In this document: in pieces, positions 41,598 to 54,820 of the stretch
How the letters are laid out: the number at the start of each line of letters is the position of its first letter
How positions within the stretch are numbered: the first letter of the stretch is position 1
Source of the DNA: Octopus sinensis
Taxonomy: Eukaryota
Assembly: GCF_006345805.1 (NCBI RefSeq)
Contig: NC_042999.1
Span: 61,070,001 to 61,134,000, forward strand
DNA length: 64,000 nt
Direction of reading: 5' to 3'
Position numbers and translations under genes: made by a program
Notes under the pieces: model-generated
Told to the model about the DNA's origin: nothing
What the model saw: only the letters and a program-made list of their open reading frames with translations
Database searches by the model: none

Positions 41598-42303
41598 ATC
41601 TCTTTATCTTTTTTCTATCTCTTTCTCATTCTCTCACAAAAACATACACACGAACTATTTTGTGTGTTTCAGCCTTGAGTGTGAAGACTCCCGCCAGAAT
41701 TCAAATGACCCAGAAAAATCTATGTCACGACTATGTGATTATGACCCGATCAGAACATGAAGACCCCACACCACAATGCCGCTATCGATTTCATTTGATA
41801 ATGATGTTGTTCCGGGTCCGGAGGAACTCCACTAAATGAAAGTATGTAAGGAAAAAACCGCCCCCAGTTATATTTTTGGTGTAGATATACAGTAATCTCC
41901 CAACCGACGTTTTCTGTAACGGAGATTCCGATTCTGATTAAAAAATCGACGTTTCAAAGTTTAAATTTCACACTTCCCACCCCAATTTTTCTCAAAGTGT
42001 TTTGTTCAAAAATTTCAATTTAAAAATAAAAGAAAGAAGATTGGCACCACCTCTCACTCAGCGCACATCCACTCAAATATTCCGAATGTTTTCAAACTCG
42101 TTCGCTCATTTACGCATGAGTAGGCGGGAGTTACAGCTGCTTCCACAACCCTAATCAAATTGTTTAATCATTGGCACTATTTCCATCTCGCTCTAATTCT
42201 ATGCGTTTTTCATATTGATATAACTTCACGTCAGACGTGATAAGTCACGCCTGGGATCAGTGGCGCTCCACTAGAGACCATACGTTATTTATCAGTCATT
42301 ATA

Positions 42304-42395
42304 TATATTTCTTTACTGCCCACAAGGGGCTAAACATAGAGGGGGCAAACAGGGACAGACAAAGGGATTAAGTCTATTACATCGACTCCAGTGCG
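42304..42395 (-). mobile_element. SINE family B, 3' tail fragment
   Basis: tttctttactgcccacaaggggctaaacatagagggg. Confidence 0.8.
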
Positions 42396-42445
42396 GAATA
42401 AAAGAAGATACTATTTTGACTAGACTATATAATGACTGATAAATA

Positions 42446-42679
42446 GGGCGGCGAGCTGGCACAAACGTTAGCACGCCGGGCGAAATGCTTATCAGTATTT
42501 CGTCTGTCGTTACATTCTGAGTTCAAATTCCGCCGAGGTCGACTTTGCCTTTCATCCTTTCGGGGTCGATAAATTAAGTACCAGTTTCGCACTGGGGTCG
42601 ATGTAATCGACTTAATCCCTTCGTCTGTCCTTGTTTGTCCCCATCTATGTTTAGCCCCTTGTGGGTAGTAAAGAAATAT
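42446..42679 (+). mobile_element. SINE family B, full monomer
   Basis: gggcggcgagctggc...gagttcaaattccgccgaggtcgactttgcc...gggtagtaaagaaata. Confidence 0.9.
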
Positions 42680-42697
42680 ATATGTAAATATATATAT

Positions 42698-42752
<55 letters not shown>

Positions 42753-42759
42753 ATGAATG

Positions 42760-42803
<44 letters not shown>

Positions 42804-42809
<6 letters not shown>

Positions 42810-43475
42810 AAATGTAATATTTTGAATTCGCCTTAAATGGTCCCTTTACATACTGAATACTTGGTGAAATTGATTAATAATTAATTAATTTTACCCTCAA
42901 TTGTTGAAATTATAATTCATTTCTCTCTGTTTAATGCTTCGGTTTTCACCGATAAAATTATGGTGTTTGCTAGATTAGACCACGTGGGTGGAAAGAGGAG
43001 GGCAGAAATTCTTCGCTTGCATATTTTGAATTTGTTGGCACTGTTAGTCTGAACGGATCTTCGGAGGTGAAAAGTCGCCAAAAGGGTATGCTCCTACTTT
43101 CAGTGTTTACAAATCCGAATTAAGGAATTTTGGGCTGACGAAAGAAATGTCGAATTGTATTTGGCTGATCTAGAAACGTACGTTCTCAAATAACCTTTGC
43201 ATTTGTGATTTTTTAATGTTTTTACCCCCATACCTTCGTGGGCTATTCTGAGTAAGCACTATCTGAGAGAAATTTTCTTTAAGTATTAGAATTCGGCTAA
43301 AAATTTTTTTTTTTTTGGCTGCTATTTCTAATGAGTTCAGTATGTGGCAAAGTAATTTATTTTACTAAGCCCTTTATAAAATGTAATATTTTGAATTCGC
43401 CTTAAATGGTCCCTTTACATACTGAATACTTGGTGAAATTGATTAATAATTAATTAATTTTACCCTCAATTGTTG

Positions 43476-43479
<4 letters not shown>
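42804..43479 (+). mobile_element. 569-bp unit with a perfect 107-bp terminal direct repeat and a hammerhead motif (retrozyme or PLE pseudo-LTR like)
   Basis: 42804-42910 is identical to 43373-43479; (AT)n lies on both sides. Confidence 0.8.
43122..43197 (+). ncRNA. Type I hammerhead ribozyme motif
   Basis: Stem I tttggg/ctcaaa plus distal aagg/cctt; CTGACGA 43135-41; GAAA 43173-76; C-GTAC-GTT with palindrome AACGTACGTT. The stem II closing pair is an A.A mismatch. Confidence 0.7.
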
Positions 43480-43515
<36 letters not shown>

Positions 43516-43559
43516 ACATACATATATTGCACACATGCGATAGGCATCCACATAATTCC

Positions 43560-43700
43560 AGACAACCAAATTCACTCACAAGGCATTCTTCGTTCCGGGG
43601 CTATAGAAGAAGACGTTTTGCCCAAAGTACCGGAGATTGGCACTAGAACTGCGCCCGTATGGCTGGAAATCGAACTTCTTCGCCTCAGTTTTGCCTCCAA
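43560..43700 (-). mobile_element. Old family-C-like SINE fragment
   Basis: caaattcactcacaaggc...gctatagaagaagacgttttgcccaaagt. Confidence 0.6.
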
Positions 43701-45639
43701 CTATATACTTTTAAAAAAGTTTTCTTACATTTCGCTGTTGTTTCTTTCATAGATCCTCACTATAAATATTAATTCATATTTTGCTTTCAATCTCTATACT
43801 TTCTGAAAAATGTATCTCTATTAAACGATAAACTATTGTTTCTGGTTATCTTAAACTGTTCTTTTCATTTTTACATTTTATTTGAAATCAATTGTACGTG
43901 AATTATTTAAACGCATACATCTTTCCTTTCCGCATTTTTCTTATGAATATTTCTTTAGACAAAGTTTGGCGTCACTGGCTTTTTACATCTAAAATCTAAT
44001 ACCAAGCAATCAAACTATACTCGGGCAGACTCTGGTTCACTGCTGCGGTATACTAGTGGAGAAAAACCTTCGTAGATTTCGCCTAACTGGCGAGCAAAAA
44101 TCAGGTTCCTACACAAGACATGAAACTTTGTTTCTTTCTAAGTGTGTGCATGTGTGTACCTGTGTATGCATGCATGTGTGTATGTGAAATTAAAAACGAG
44201 TCTATTTTTGTTCGGAATAGTTAATTAACGCTAGTTCTGTTTTAATGTTTCTCCAATTAAAGATAAATTACAATTCATTTAGAATGTTTCTTTCCTTCAG
44301 CCATTCAGAACATTCAGAGTTAATTCTCTTAGCTCCTTCTTCATAACCAATAATAACATGTTCGGTACCCTTCACAATATATTCTGACTGGTATTTGCTT
44401 AATAGACCTCAACACACACACGCACACATTCACACATGCACACACACATACATACATATATGCTATGTCTGCGTGTGTCAGTATTCGTATTTTGTACTAA
44501 AACTTTTGCTTTTATTTATTAGGTAATTTTTATTAATTTATCTTAGAATTAAAACCATTACACTCATCAGCTCTTTTAGAAGTAGCTGCCAAACTTTATT
44601 GTAGAAAGTGCAGAATACACTACCGCTGATGTGCTGCCTGAATTTGAAAAAGTGCATCAAGATCTCTTCAGACGGGAGTACACTTCCAAATGCTAACAAG
44701 AGAAACGATTCTGCTAAAGGCATCCATTGGATAGCTGCTAGTATTAAACAAAGATTATATTAAATCTTACTCAAATACTCAATAAAATTCCAAACACATT
44801 CGTTGACTCGATATCATTCAAGGCTTTTATCAAATGAAGGACACTACAAGATATACTCCTCGCAATGCGTAGTGCAGCGTGGCGGTGGGCAAGCCCGGAT
44901 GTACGTGATTGCAAATCTAACTTCTTAACCAGACAGCCATGACCGCGCGCATTTACTATCTTAGTATAATCACTTGCACCCTGCAATTCATAAAAGCTGA
45001 AAGTAAATTGAAGTAAAATTTTCTCTCTTACATCAAACAGAGATTTGAAGCAGAAAGTAATTTCCTGTGGATATTAACATCTCCAGATAGCTCAAGTCTT
45101 TGTTTATGTTAATGCATTTCTAGATAGTTATATTTAAATGGAATCTTTCTGCTTACTTAGCATTCTCCTCTTGCTTCGATTGGCATATATCATTTATTCC
45201 CATTTCACACTTTCTTGCCACAACTAACGTCTTTTTCTGACTAGCTATCAATAAGGTTGAAGAATTGATTCCCATGTTTAACAATAAATTTAGCATTTAT
45301 TCTTATCCATGACCTCTGATTTCTTTCATTACTTCTAATATCTATTTGAAATCGATGTATACAATCCATTAATACATGCGCTGCATGATGGTTGCTTGAT
45401 TAGAAAGTTCGCTTGGGAATCTGCAGTTGTGGATGCGATCTTGCTACGTGACACCGAATGCGAGTGTCATTTACCGTAGCCGTTTTTTACAGAATATATT
45501 TTGAATGAAATATGGGAGGATGGAGACTATACAGAAGCCTGTCATATGCTTGTTCATTATTGTTTTATTATTTTATATTTTACTTATTTCAGCCGTTGAC
45601 CTTCGGCATAACCGGGAGTACAATCTCTAAGGGTTTATC

Positions 45640-45680
<41 letters not shown>

Positions 45681-45689
45681 GTACATATA

Positions 45690-45769
<80 letters not shown>

Positions 45770-46269
45770 ACATTTAAACACATAAGAGATGGCCATAATA
45801 GGACATCTGACTCACTAGAAAGAGCAGTTAAACTCCAAACTACTAATAGCTGTAATTCTGAAAGGGAATGAGAAATAAAAAACGTTTGCCCTATCTTTCC
45901 TGGACTATGCATAGTTTCGGTAATCTTTTCTAAATAAAATTAAATGATTTTAATTTACAGTTGGCGTTGCCATCGTCAGCAGGAAGCCAAGGCTAACATA
46001 TAGGCACAAGGCGATAAAGACCATGTCTCGTGTCTATATGTTATAACTTTTCAAAATCCACCACGCACGCGCGGTTGTTTCGACAGTAACTACAAGTGCC
46101 GATTTTCTTTCAAAATTATCCAAAAAACCTTTTATCATGAATTAATAAATCTTAGGGTAGCAAAAAAAGTTTAGAAAAATTCTTTGCTACTGGTGGTCTA
46201 GCGAGAAAGAAAAACTAGTCAATAGACTATATATTATTCATAGAAAATACAGTGTGAAACGTTTTTATT

Positions 46270-46700
46270 TCTCATTCCCTATAGCATATAAGGTGGAGAT
46301 TGTAGTGTATGGATCTGTCTGGAATGGTACACGTTTGTGCCTCCTCGACAATTCCACCCACGACACGCGCCAACCTTTTTGGTAATACCTTGGCCAAAAT
46401 CTTCAGCTCTGCGTTAAGCAGTGTGATGGTCAGAAAATTGTCTATAATGTCCCCATTATTTGGGTCCTTTCTAAGCAATGTCACCTCCCCTCGACTCACA
46501 GATCTGGGGTTGAACCCTTTCTGATGCCAGTTCGTAAAACTACATGCCAGTAGGTGCCCCAACAAGTCTGGCATACTATAATATAACTCGTACGGAAGAC
46601 CATTTAGCCCCGGCAACTTGTCCGCGCCGCGAACCGCAGGAGATTGACAGGGTAGTAACAATTTCGATGCCTTTTATACCCAATGATTCAAAGTTTTGCA
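46270..46700 (-). pseudogene. Tx1/L1-clade LINE reverse transcriptase fragment
   Basis: ORF 46272-46661: KLPGLNGLPYELY, GEVTLLRKD, NFLTITLLNAELKILAKVL, QTCTIPDRSIHYNL (RT N-terminal motifs). Confidence 0.85.
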
Positions 46701-46939
46701 CGTGCATTATGCTTTTCATAAAGATGTGTTTGTGAGCATTAGCAGGTTCACGAAAATTGAGCGAGTTCGAACCCTACATTTAATCCTTGTGTTTTCAAAA
46801 AAAGAAGGCTGCTGTGGGTCAGTGACACCATTCTGATGTCAAATTACCTACGAATGTGATAAAAGCCATGCCATATAATTTCAATATCGTGCAACGTGAA
46901 ACAAATAGTCTATTACAGTGCGACGTTTCTTTTGTAGTT

Positions 46940-46975
46940 CAGTATATATATTATATATATATGTATGTGAGTATA

Positions 46976-47010
<35 letters not shown>

Positions 47011-47117
47011 ATATATATTATATATATATGTATGTATATATATATATGTATGTATATATACATGTATGTATAATATATATATATATGTATATATATAATA
47101 TGTATATATATATATGA

Positions 47118-47181
<64 letters not shown>

Positions 47182-47255
47182 ATATATATATATGTGTATA
47201 TATATATATGTATATATATGTATATAAATATGTATATATATATATATGTATATAA

Positions 47256-47307
<52 letters not shown>

Positions 47308-47363
47308 TATATATATATGTATATATATAAATGTATATAAATATATATGTATATATTTATATA

Positions 47364-47397
<34 letters not shown>

Positions 47398-47405
47398 CGT
47401 GTGTG
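46940..47405. repeat. Long (AT)n/(GTAT)n microsatellite
   Basis: Directly visible. Confidence 0.95.
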
Positions 47406-48693
47406 TATTTATGTATATATGTATATATAGATGTGCATATGGCTGTGTGAGTGTCTTATTCCTGTGTGTGTACACACGTATATGTATATGTTTGTGTAAA
47501 TATATATACATGTGTATCTGTGTTTGGGTGTGCGTGTATGTAAGTACATACCTGTCTGAATATATTTCTATATGTGAGTACACTCATCTCTCACCTATAT
47601 ACATCGACAGATATTTAACCGTCAATGAAAACGAAACATTTAAAGAACCTGATTGCGATATTTGTTCTGCGGCGATTTAGAACGATCTTGTTAACGCTCT
47701 TGCCGTCCAAAAATGCAGTGATTCAACGATTGGTTAGTTGCAAACCTGTAACTACTGTCGCTATCAAACTATTGTTCACCAAATGTGGTAAAAAGAAAAA
47801 AATTTTAAATAGCAAACAAAAATACATCTCCCCTTTGATATCGGCAATTTCTACTTCCAGATAATTTTATTTCATGCCTATAAACGTATTTACCGACTCT
47901 ATTTTAGTATATATGTAGTGGTGCGTTTAAATGTCAAACCATATACCAATATATTTACATCAGTCACTGACAACCAGACAAATGAGATGATTTTCTTTTT
48001 TCTTCTTATCTGTTTCGTCTTTAATTTTTTTGCATATGTCCATACCCACCTCCGGGGCGCTCGTAAACAATCTATCGATACACTCAGAACATCGTTTCCT
48101 AAGTTTATACCTAATTAAAGTTTATTAGAAGGCGTTTGATCACAGAATTCTTTTATCAAGTAAAGCTATATCTTGTATTTCATACAGAAGTCTGTGTTAT
48201 ACATTTGTTAATAGATAGGTAGCGTCGTCGTTGTCGCTGCAGTCGTTTCAAAATAAGGCAGCCTTAGTAGTGCGGACATAAGATCAAACGAATTTCAGCG
48301 GTAACTAATTCTATTTATTATTTATTATCTATTTTATATAACTGTGACTTAGTTTTACAATGTATCTTAATTTTAAGACGGTAGACAGTAAAAAGTCAGA
48401 CTAGAGAGGTTTTATCTCCGTTGAATTGCAGGTACAGTTTAGCCAACCAGATCCTATGCAGTTTCTGCCAACCCAATGTCAATCATAAAGTATGTGTGGA
48501 TCAGAATTTAGAAAATGACACTTGTCGAAGACACTATGCAGTTGGATCGATCCCGTGACTTCCTAGTTGTGAAGCGAAATTCTTGACCATTTGCTCATAG
48601 TGGTTTCAATTCATGTCTAAAATAAAAAATAAAAATAGCGTCGTAGTATATTCAAAGCATTGTGATGCGGAAGAAAAAGAAAAACATAATATT

Positions 48694-48995
48694 GCAATGG
48701 CCCACTGGTTACAGTAGCGGACTCGCGGTCGGTGGATCGCGGTTTCGATTCCCAGACCGGGCGTTGTGTGTGTTTATTGAGCGAGAACACCTAAAGCTCC
48801 ACGAGGCCCCGGCAGGGGAAGTGGCGAACCCTGCTGTACTCTTTCACCCCAACTTTCTCTTACTCTCCCTGTTTCTCGAGTAACACAGCGATGGACTAGC
48901 GTCCTGTCCAGCTGGGGGGAACACATACGCTACAGAAACCTAGAAACTGGGCACATGAGCCTGGAGAGGCTTGAAAAGGGCGCATAAATAAAAAG
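48694..48995 (+). mobile_element. SINE family A (tail type 2)
   Basis: tggcccactggtt...ggtttcgattcccagacc head; tail gatggactagcgtcctgtccagc...aagggcgcat. Confidence 0.85.
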
Positions 48996-49171
48996 AAAAG
49001 GAGTGTTTCCAACAATGCGAAAGAAAAATTGGGTAACCTTTAAATATTTCAGACAAAATAGCCCATCAGCAGATGCGAACGTTTCAGAAATGGGTCAATG
49101 CAGCCATTCTGATAGCCGATTGGAGAGTAACTCCGCATTGTCCGGTGAATATTTGAGTAACTGCTGCTGCT

Positions 49172-49545
49172 GTTGCTGTTGAGCGAACGGTCTTCGTCCC
49201 AAAGCTCGCAAGATGGGTGAAGTCCGAAACGTGGTCTTTTGCTATTCGTAAGACCCACAGAAGAGAAAGCAGGTCAACCCCCGAGACCGAGAGCATTGAC
49301 GGATGGATGAATGCGCATCCAGGCTCAGCGGTTGCGTAGGAAGTCGGGGACAAGAAACAAGAAGAAAGAGTGAGAGAAAGTTGGGACGAAAAAGTACAAC
49401 AGGGGTCGCCCCCACCCCCTGCCGGAGCCTCGTGGAGCTTTAGGTATTTTCGCTCAATAAACACACACAACGCCCGGTCTGGGAATCGAAACCGCGATCC
49501 TCTGACCGCGAGTCCGCTGCCCTAACCACTGGGCCATTGTGCCTC
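49172..49545 (-). mobile_element. SINE family A (tail type 3) flanked by ctgctgctgct direct repeats
   Basis: Same head and core with a distinct tail; ctgctgctgct at 49161-49171 and 49546-49556. Confidence 0.85.
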
Positions 49546-49731
49546 CTGCTGCTGCTATAACATTCACCTGACAAAGCAGTGCCACTTCTGTATTACTGTA
49601 TTCTTTTTTTAAAGAAAAAAATATTCCCCATAAACATACAAATGTACACATTTATACAAACATGCATAAAGAATATTCGAGGAAAATTTGGCTCTCTTTT
49701 ATGTCTCCTTTTTCACGAGCAGATTGCTGTA

Positions 49732-50378
49732 CAGTAATCACTCGCCACATCGCGGTTCACCGTCAGTACATCGCGGATTTTTCTGGATAATATATGTGAA
49801 TTTATATCGCGGACTCTTCAATATATCGCGACCGATAGATATTTATATCTTTTTAGATTTTTATCATTTCTGTGGTAAAATAAGCATTTTCACGTCTAAA
49901 CATTATTAAATCAATAAATAAAAATACTGTACAGTACCGCACTGTATAACATACTACTTACAAAATATTAAAAGTAAATACGTAGTCTACTGTAGATGGG
50001 TAAATAAAGAATCGCACATACTGTACAGGAATCGAAACTCGGGGCGGGGGGCGAGTATGTGGTGTTGTTTTGCATTTATAATAAAATAGATACTCTTTTA
50101 TTCTTTTACTTGTTTCAGTCATTTAACTGTGGCCATGCTGGAGCACCGCCTTTAGTCGAGCAAATCGACCCCAGTACTTATTCTTTGTAAGCCTAGTACC
50201 TATTCTATCTGTTTTTTACGAACCGCTAAGTTACGGGGACATAAACACACCAGCATCGGTTGTCAAGTGATGTTGGGGAGTGTGACAAACACAGACACAG
50301 AAACATATACTTACACATGCTCACACACACATATATATATAAATATATATATATGTGTATATATATATTATATATGTG

Positions 50379-50445
<67 letters not shown>

Positions 50446-50739
50446 GGCTTCTTTCAGTTTCCGTGTGCCAAATCCACTCACAAGGCTTTGGTCGGCCCAA
50501 GGCTATAGTAGAAGACACTTGACCAAGGTGCCACCCAGTGGGACTGAACCCGGGACCATATGGTACGTAAGCAATCTACTTACTACACAGCCACTCCTAC
50601 ACCTACATATACAAATATACAGATATATACAAATTATAGAAATAATAAATGAAATATACAGTACTGTCTCTACTTCGCGGATTTTCACATATAGCGGGGT
50701 GTTTTGGAATGTAAAATCTGCGATAGTCGAGCATTGCTG
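49732..50739. mobile_element. Tigger/pogo-like non-autonomous element containing a SINE C insertion
   Basis: TA-cagtaatcactcgccacatcgcgg ... ctgcgatagtcgagcattgctg-TA terminal inverted repeats. Confidence 0.7.
50093..50603 (-). mobile_element. SINE family C, full length
   Basis: Complete head, core and tail with internal (TG)/(TA) tract. Confidence 0.9.
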
Positions 50740-50744
50740 TATTG

Positions 50745-51100
50745 GTGAATAGCCAACGGCGTAGGAGAGCATAAGCTATAGTTGCATTTGAGAAAAAATC
50801 GCTGACATGGAGGACCGGAACGCATTGGAATATTGGAAAGGAGTCACTTATATCACGATGACGCGTACTAGGTACCAAAATGCCGACGTCGAAACTGTTA
50901 ACCAATGCTCTGTGAATACTGTAAAGGCTGTACGATGTGGCAGCTGCGATGGAGAATATGAAGCTGTAGCTAGCAAAAGTCACTCTCCAGGCTTTCTGGC
51001 TGCATTCACCTGCCGGAAATTATCCTTGCATCTTTGCTAAAGACCTTAGGTTTCTCTCACACAGTGAAGATGCTGGGAAACCATGATTAAATCCCTGGTT
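50745..51100 (+). mobile_element. maT/mariner-like transposase N-terminal fragment
   Basis: ORF 50807-51040 (QCSVNTVKAVR...DGEYEAVASKSHS) resembles an HTH N-terminus of DD37D-type transposases; recognised by eye only. Confidence 0.45.
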
Positions 51101-51117
51101 AGAGAAGGCTGTTGATC

Positions 51118-51609
51118 TTCTTCTTCTTCTTCTTCTTCTTCTTCGTTTTCTTCTTCTTCTTCTTCTTCTTCTTCTTCTTCTTCTTCCAGACTCACGCCAT
51201 TAGCCACAAAGAATAATCTCTAATTCGAGCCTACTCTAAGCTACTAACAATGCGTGTGGCAACCTGAAGTTCCACCCACCACACGCGATAGACTGGCGGT
51301 TGCACGGGCGCGAAAGCTACGTTGTTATCCTCATTCCGTAAACGGTGGCTTTTAACGGGTGGAGAGCTGAACCATCCTGGGGTACAGAGGATTCGCAATC
51401 TAGACTAGGGTCTGAAATTTTACCACACCACGGCAGGTTACACCATGATTCCTCTGTTTTGTGGCAGAAGTAGGAAGAAAGAGTGAGAGGAAGTTGTGGT
51501 GAAAGAGTACAGCGGGGTTCAACACTCACAATGCCCGGTCTGGGAATCGAAACCGCGTTCTTACGACCACGAGTCCGCTGCCCTAACCACTGGGCCATTG
51601 CGCTTCCAC
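51118..51609 (-). mobile_element. SINE family A (tail type 4, ends in (GAA)n)
   Basis: Family-A head at 51540-51609; long tail ending in a (CTT)n tract on the plus strand. Confidence 0.85.
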
Positions 51610-51960
51610 CGGTCGTTGCTGGAAGGCCATATGTGTGGAGACGGTATCGGCTCCCTGCAATATCTGGCAACAGTCAAAAGTGGTTGTCGGAGAGAACAGT
51701 CAAAGGTAGTTGCCCAAATTTCTTCCTAATTTACCCGATTTGTAATTCCACGGATTACAATACGGTGTGAGGTAGGGAATAGTTGAGAAAGACATCAACT
51801 TCTCCGCATGTAACAACAACGCCGAAATTATAATCCAGACAGAGTAGCTATAGATTCCTTAATAGTATAGCATTGGTATTTTCTTTTTCGTTAATATTTA
51901 GCTTTCTGTGAACAACCGCTGGGCAACTGATTTTCACAACAGTATGCACGTATGTACGTA

Positions 51961-52024
<64 letters not shown>

Positions 52025-52032
<8 letters not shown>

Positions 52033-52378
52033 ATATATATATTGAGACCCTCCTCGTTCATGACTGACCATGGGATTGCTCCTAGAATCTTATCCAGGCA
52101 CAAGTCCGGGCAAGGTTGTTTATAGAAGACCAGCTGTCGCACATGCATACCGGCCTCACCTTTGCATGCCACTAGTGTTATCCAAGGGAAAGGCAAAGGG
52201 GCCGATACAGCTTGGCATCAGTGACGTCGCAACTCATTTCTACAGCTGATTGAACTGGAACATCGTGAAATAAAGTGTCTTGCTCAAGAACACAACACGT
52301 AGCCTGCTCCGGGATTCGAACACACAACCTCACGATCATAAGCTTGACGCTCAAACCACTGAACCATGCGCCTTCACA
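52025..52378 (-). mobile_element. SINE family E (tRNA head + gtgttcttgagcaagacactttatttcac core)
   Basis: Minus strand gtgaaggcgcatggttcagtggttt...gttcgaatccc contains A and B boxes. Confidence 0.85.
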
Positions 52379-52381
52379 CAA

Positions 52382-52509
<128 letters not shown>

Positions 52510-54585
52510 TGCCAGTATGTGTATGTATCTCTGTATATATGTCTATATGCTTATAAATGTGTGTGTGTGCGTGTTAATGGAATATGACAGACAGAAACTT
52601 CGTTGATTTACTTGCAATACGATCTCTGCTATGTATTTCTAACGTTCGTGTTTCTACTAATTTCTACGTTCATTCTTCTTTCTCTCATTATTCTAAATAT
52701 TTCGTCCCACAAGAGAGGAAATTTCTCTTATATATTTTCTCTAATTATTAGTCTTTTAATGAAGGACAAAGTTTGAAACTATTTAATTTAAAATGTTTTT
52801 GCAGCGTCTATTATTCCCAGTATGCTAATTGGACATATGTTGAAATATAACATATGCCTAGTGTACATCTTCATCCAATTAAGAAACGTAGTGTATAAAT
52901 AGTTATAAATACTATTATTTACCCTTCCCATACAGAAATATATAACATAACTATCTATTGTAGCTTACTAAATGACAGTTGAGAGATCCAAGATTGAATA
53001 TATTTATTTTATGTATTTGTGCGAAGTTATGAAGAAAAAGGAAGACACCATTTTTTTTTTTTATCGAATAGGAATTGAGTTCATGCGAAAATAAAAACAC
53101 CACTTTAATAAAATTGATGTGTATATTTACTATACAGACTGCTGACGTTTTGTTGTGCTTCTGAAATTACCGAAGCAGAAAAGATAAATGGAATAAATGG
53201 AGAAATAGCACAGTTACCGATCAAGTGGAAACTAGCTAGCTTCTACAAAGTCCTGTTCATCGAAAGACAAATTGGTAAACGGAGTGGAAAGATTCCAGTA
53301 ATCAGAGAACTAGATGAAAGCAGCAACACTTATGAAGCAGCAATGTCATTAGTGAAATCTAGCACGCTTCGCAAATTATGATCTTATCGGCAAATCTATT
53401 TAGGCAAAAATTCCAAAATACCAACCAATGTAGCTGTCGCCTTCGTTTTCAAGAAATAAATATAATTCTTGATGTGAAAATTATAGATAACTGATACAAT
53501 AACACAAGGGCTTTTCTATGATGGAATGGGTGCGTTAGCATTTGAATTGCTATTAGTTGCAATATAACCTGGAAATTAAATATGTCGTTACAATCAATAT
53601 CCTACGTGGAACAGCATTTGAAAGAATCAACCTTGATATGCGTCAAGTGAAATGGTTTCAAGCAAGCTCCACCGATTCCACCCTATAATTAAATTTTGAC
53701 ATTCAATAAGGATTTGTCGAAAATCTCATTCTTGGATTTGGTCGATGATTCCTACCTACCGTTTATGAGTAATGGTTGTTAAAGTGCAGAGAGTACAGAT
53801 GAGACGAAAGGAAAATGCTATCATCAATAGATAATTGGAAAGCCATGTTGTATTTAAACTGATTTCTAGTTTTATTTATTGCTAGCTGGAATAACTGTGA
53901 AGCTTATTAAAACCTCCCACCTTTCGAACATGAGTAAGACGTTCCTTTCTCATTTCATGGGAGTTGTGTTGTTTGGTGTTTGAATAAAATTCTCAAACTT
54001 ATTTCTCGAGATCACTGGAATATTTTATTAGAAGCGAGTAATAATATAACCGTAAAATCTTGTATGGTTTCAGATCAGACGAAAACCATATATTTGATAA
54101 AGCAGTGACTTTATAGAAACGGTACAGTGCTTTGCTTAAACCATATCAGAACGTTTAGCGCGTCTAACAAAATGACCTGTACTATTTGCTCTGTCACCTG
54201 ACATTCCGAGCTCAAAATTTACCAAGATGGATTTTGTATTCCACCCTTCGAGTTGCCATAAAATAAAGTACCAATCAAGTACATGAAAAACTTCATTCAA
54301 TAGACTACCACTTTCTTGTATTTTGTCACCACTTGCCGAAGTCGAAAAGTTTTATTTTGCAAAATATTATTAAGGTCTTATATTGGCGCAATTGTTCGAG
54401 CGTCGTTTAAATGCTTTGCTATATATGATCAGGCTCTTGACATTTCGAATCCAAATCATATCGAGGTTAAATTAGACATATGTCTTTCAGGGATCGATCA
54501 AATAAAATAGTAGCACGAGTGCTGGCATCAATTTATTCGACTGTGGCCCCCAACCCCATAGAAACTGATGAGCTGTGATAATATT

Positions 54586-54820
54586 TATTTACTTCTTTAT
54601 TGCCCACAGAGGGCTAAACACAGAGGGGACAAACAAGGACAGACAAAGGATGAAGTCGATTACAGCGACCCCAGTGCATAACTGGTACTTATTTAACCGA
54701 CCCCGAAAAGATGAAAGGTAAATTCGACCGCGGAGGAATTTGAACTCAGAACGTAACGGCAGACGAAATACTGATAAGCATTTCGCCCGGCGTGCTAACG
54801 TTTCTGCCAGCTCACCACCC
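54586..54820 (-). mobile_element. SINE family B monomer with a 13-bp target-site duplication
   Basis: ctgtgataatatt on both sides (~54573 and ~54825). Confidence 0.9.

Noticed and set aside
41673-41841. Exon-like segment with a good acceptor (tgtgtttcag) and donor (gtatgt)
   Set aside because: All three frames contain a stop within the segment and it adjoins transposon debris. It could be a non-coding exon, but nothing else supports that.
45950-45985. Minus-strand CTGACGATGGC-aac-GCC near-hammerhead
   Set aside because: GAAA is absent and there is no stem I.
48694-48770. tRNA genes at SINE heads (also 56353, 52300, 540-620)
   Set aside because: A/B boxes are present but there is no complete cloverleaf or acceptor stem, and each continues into a SINE body.
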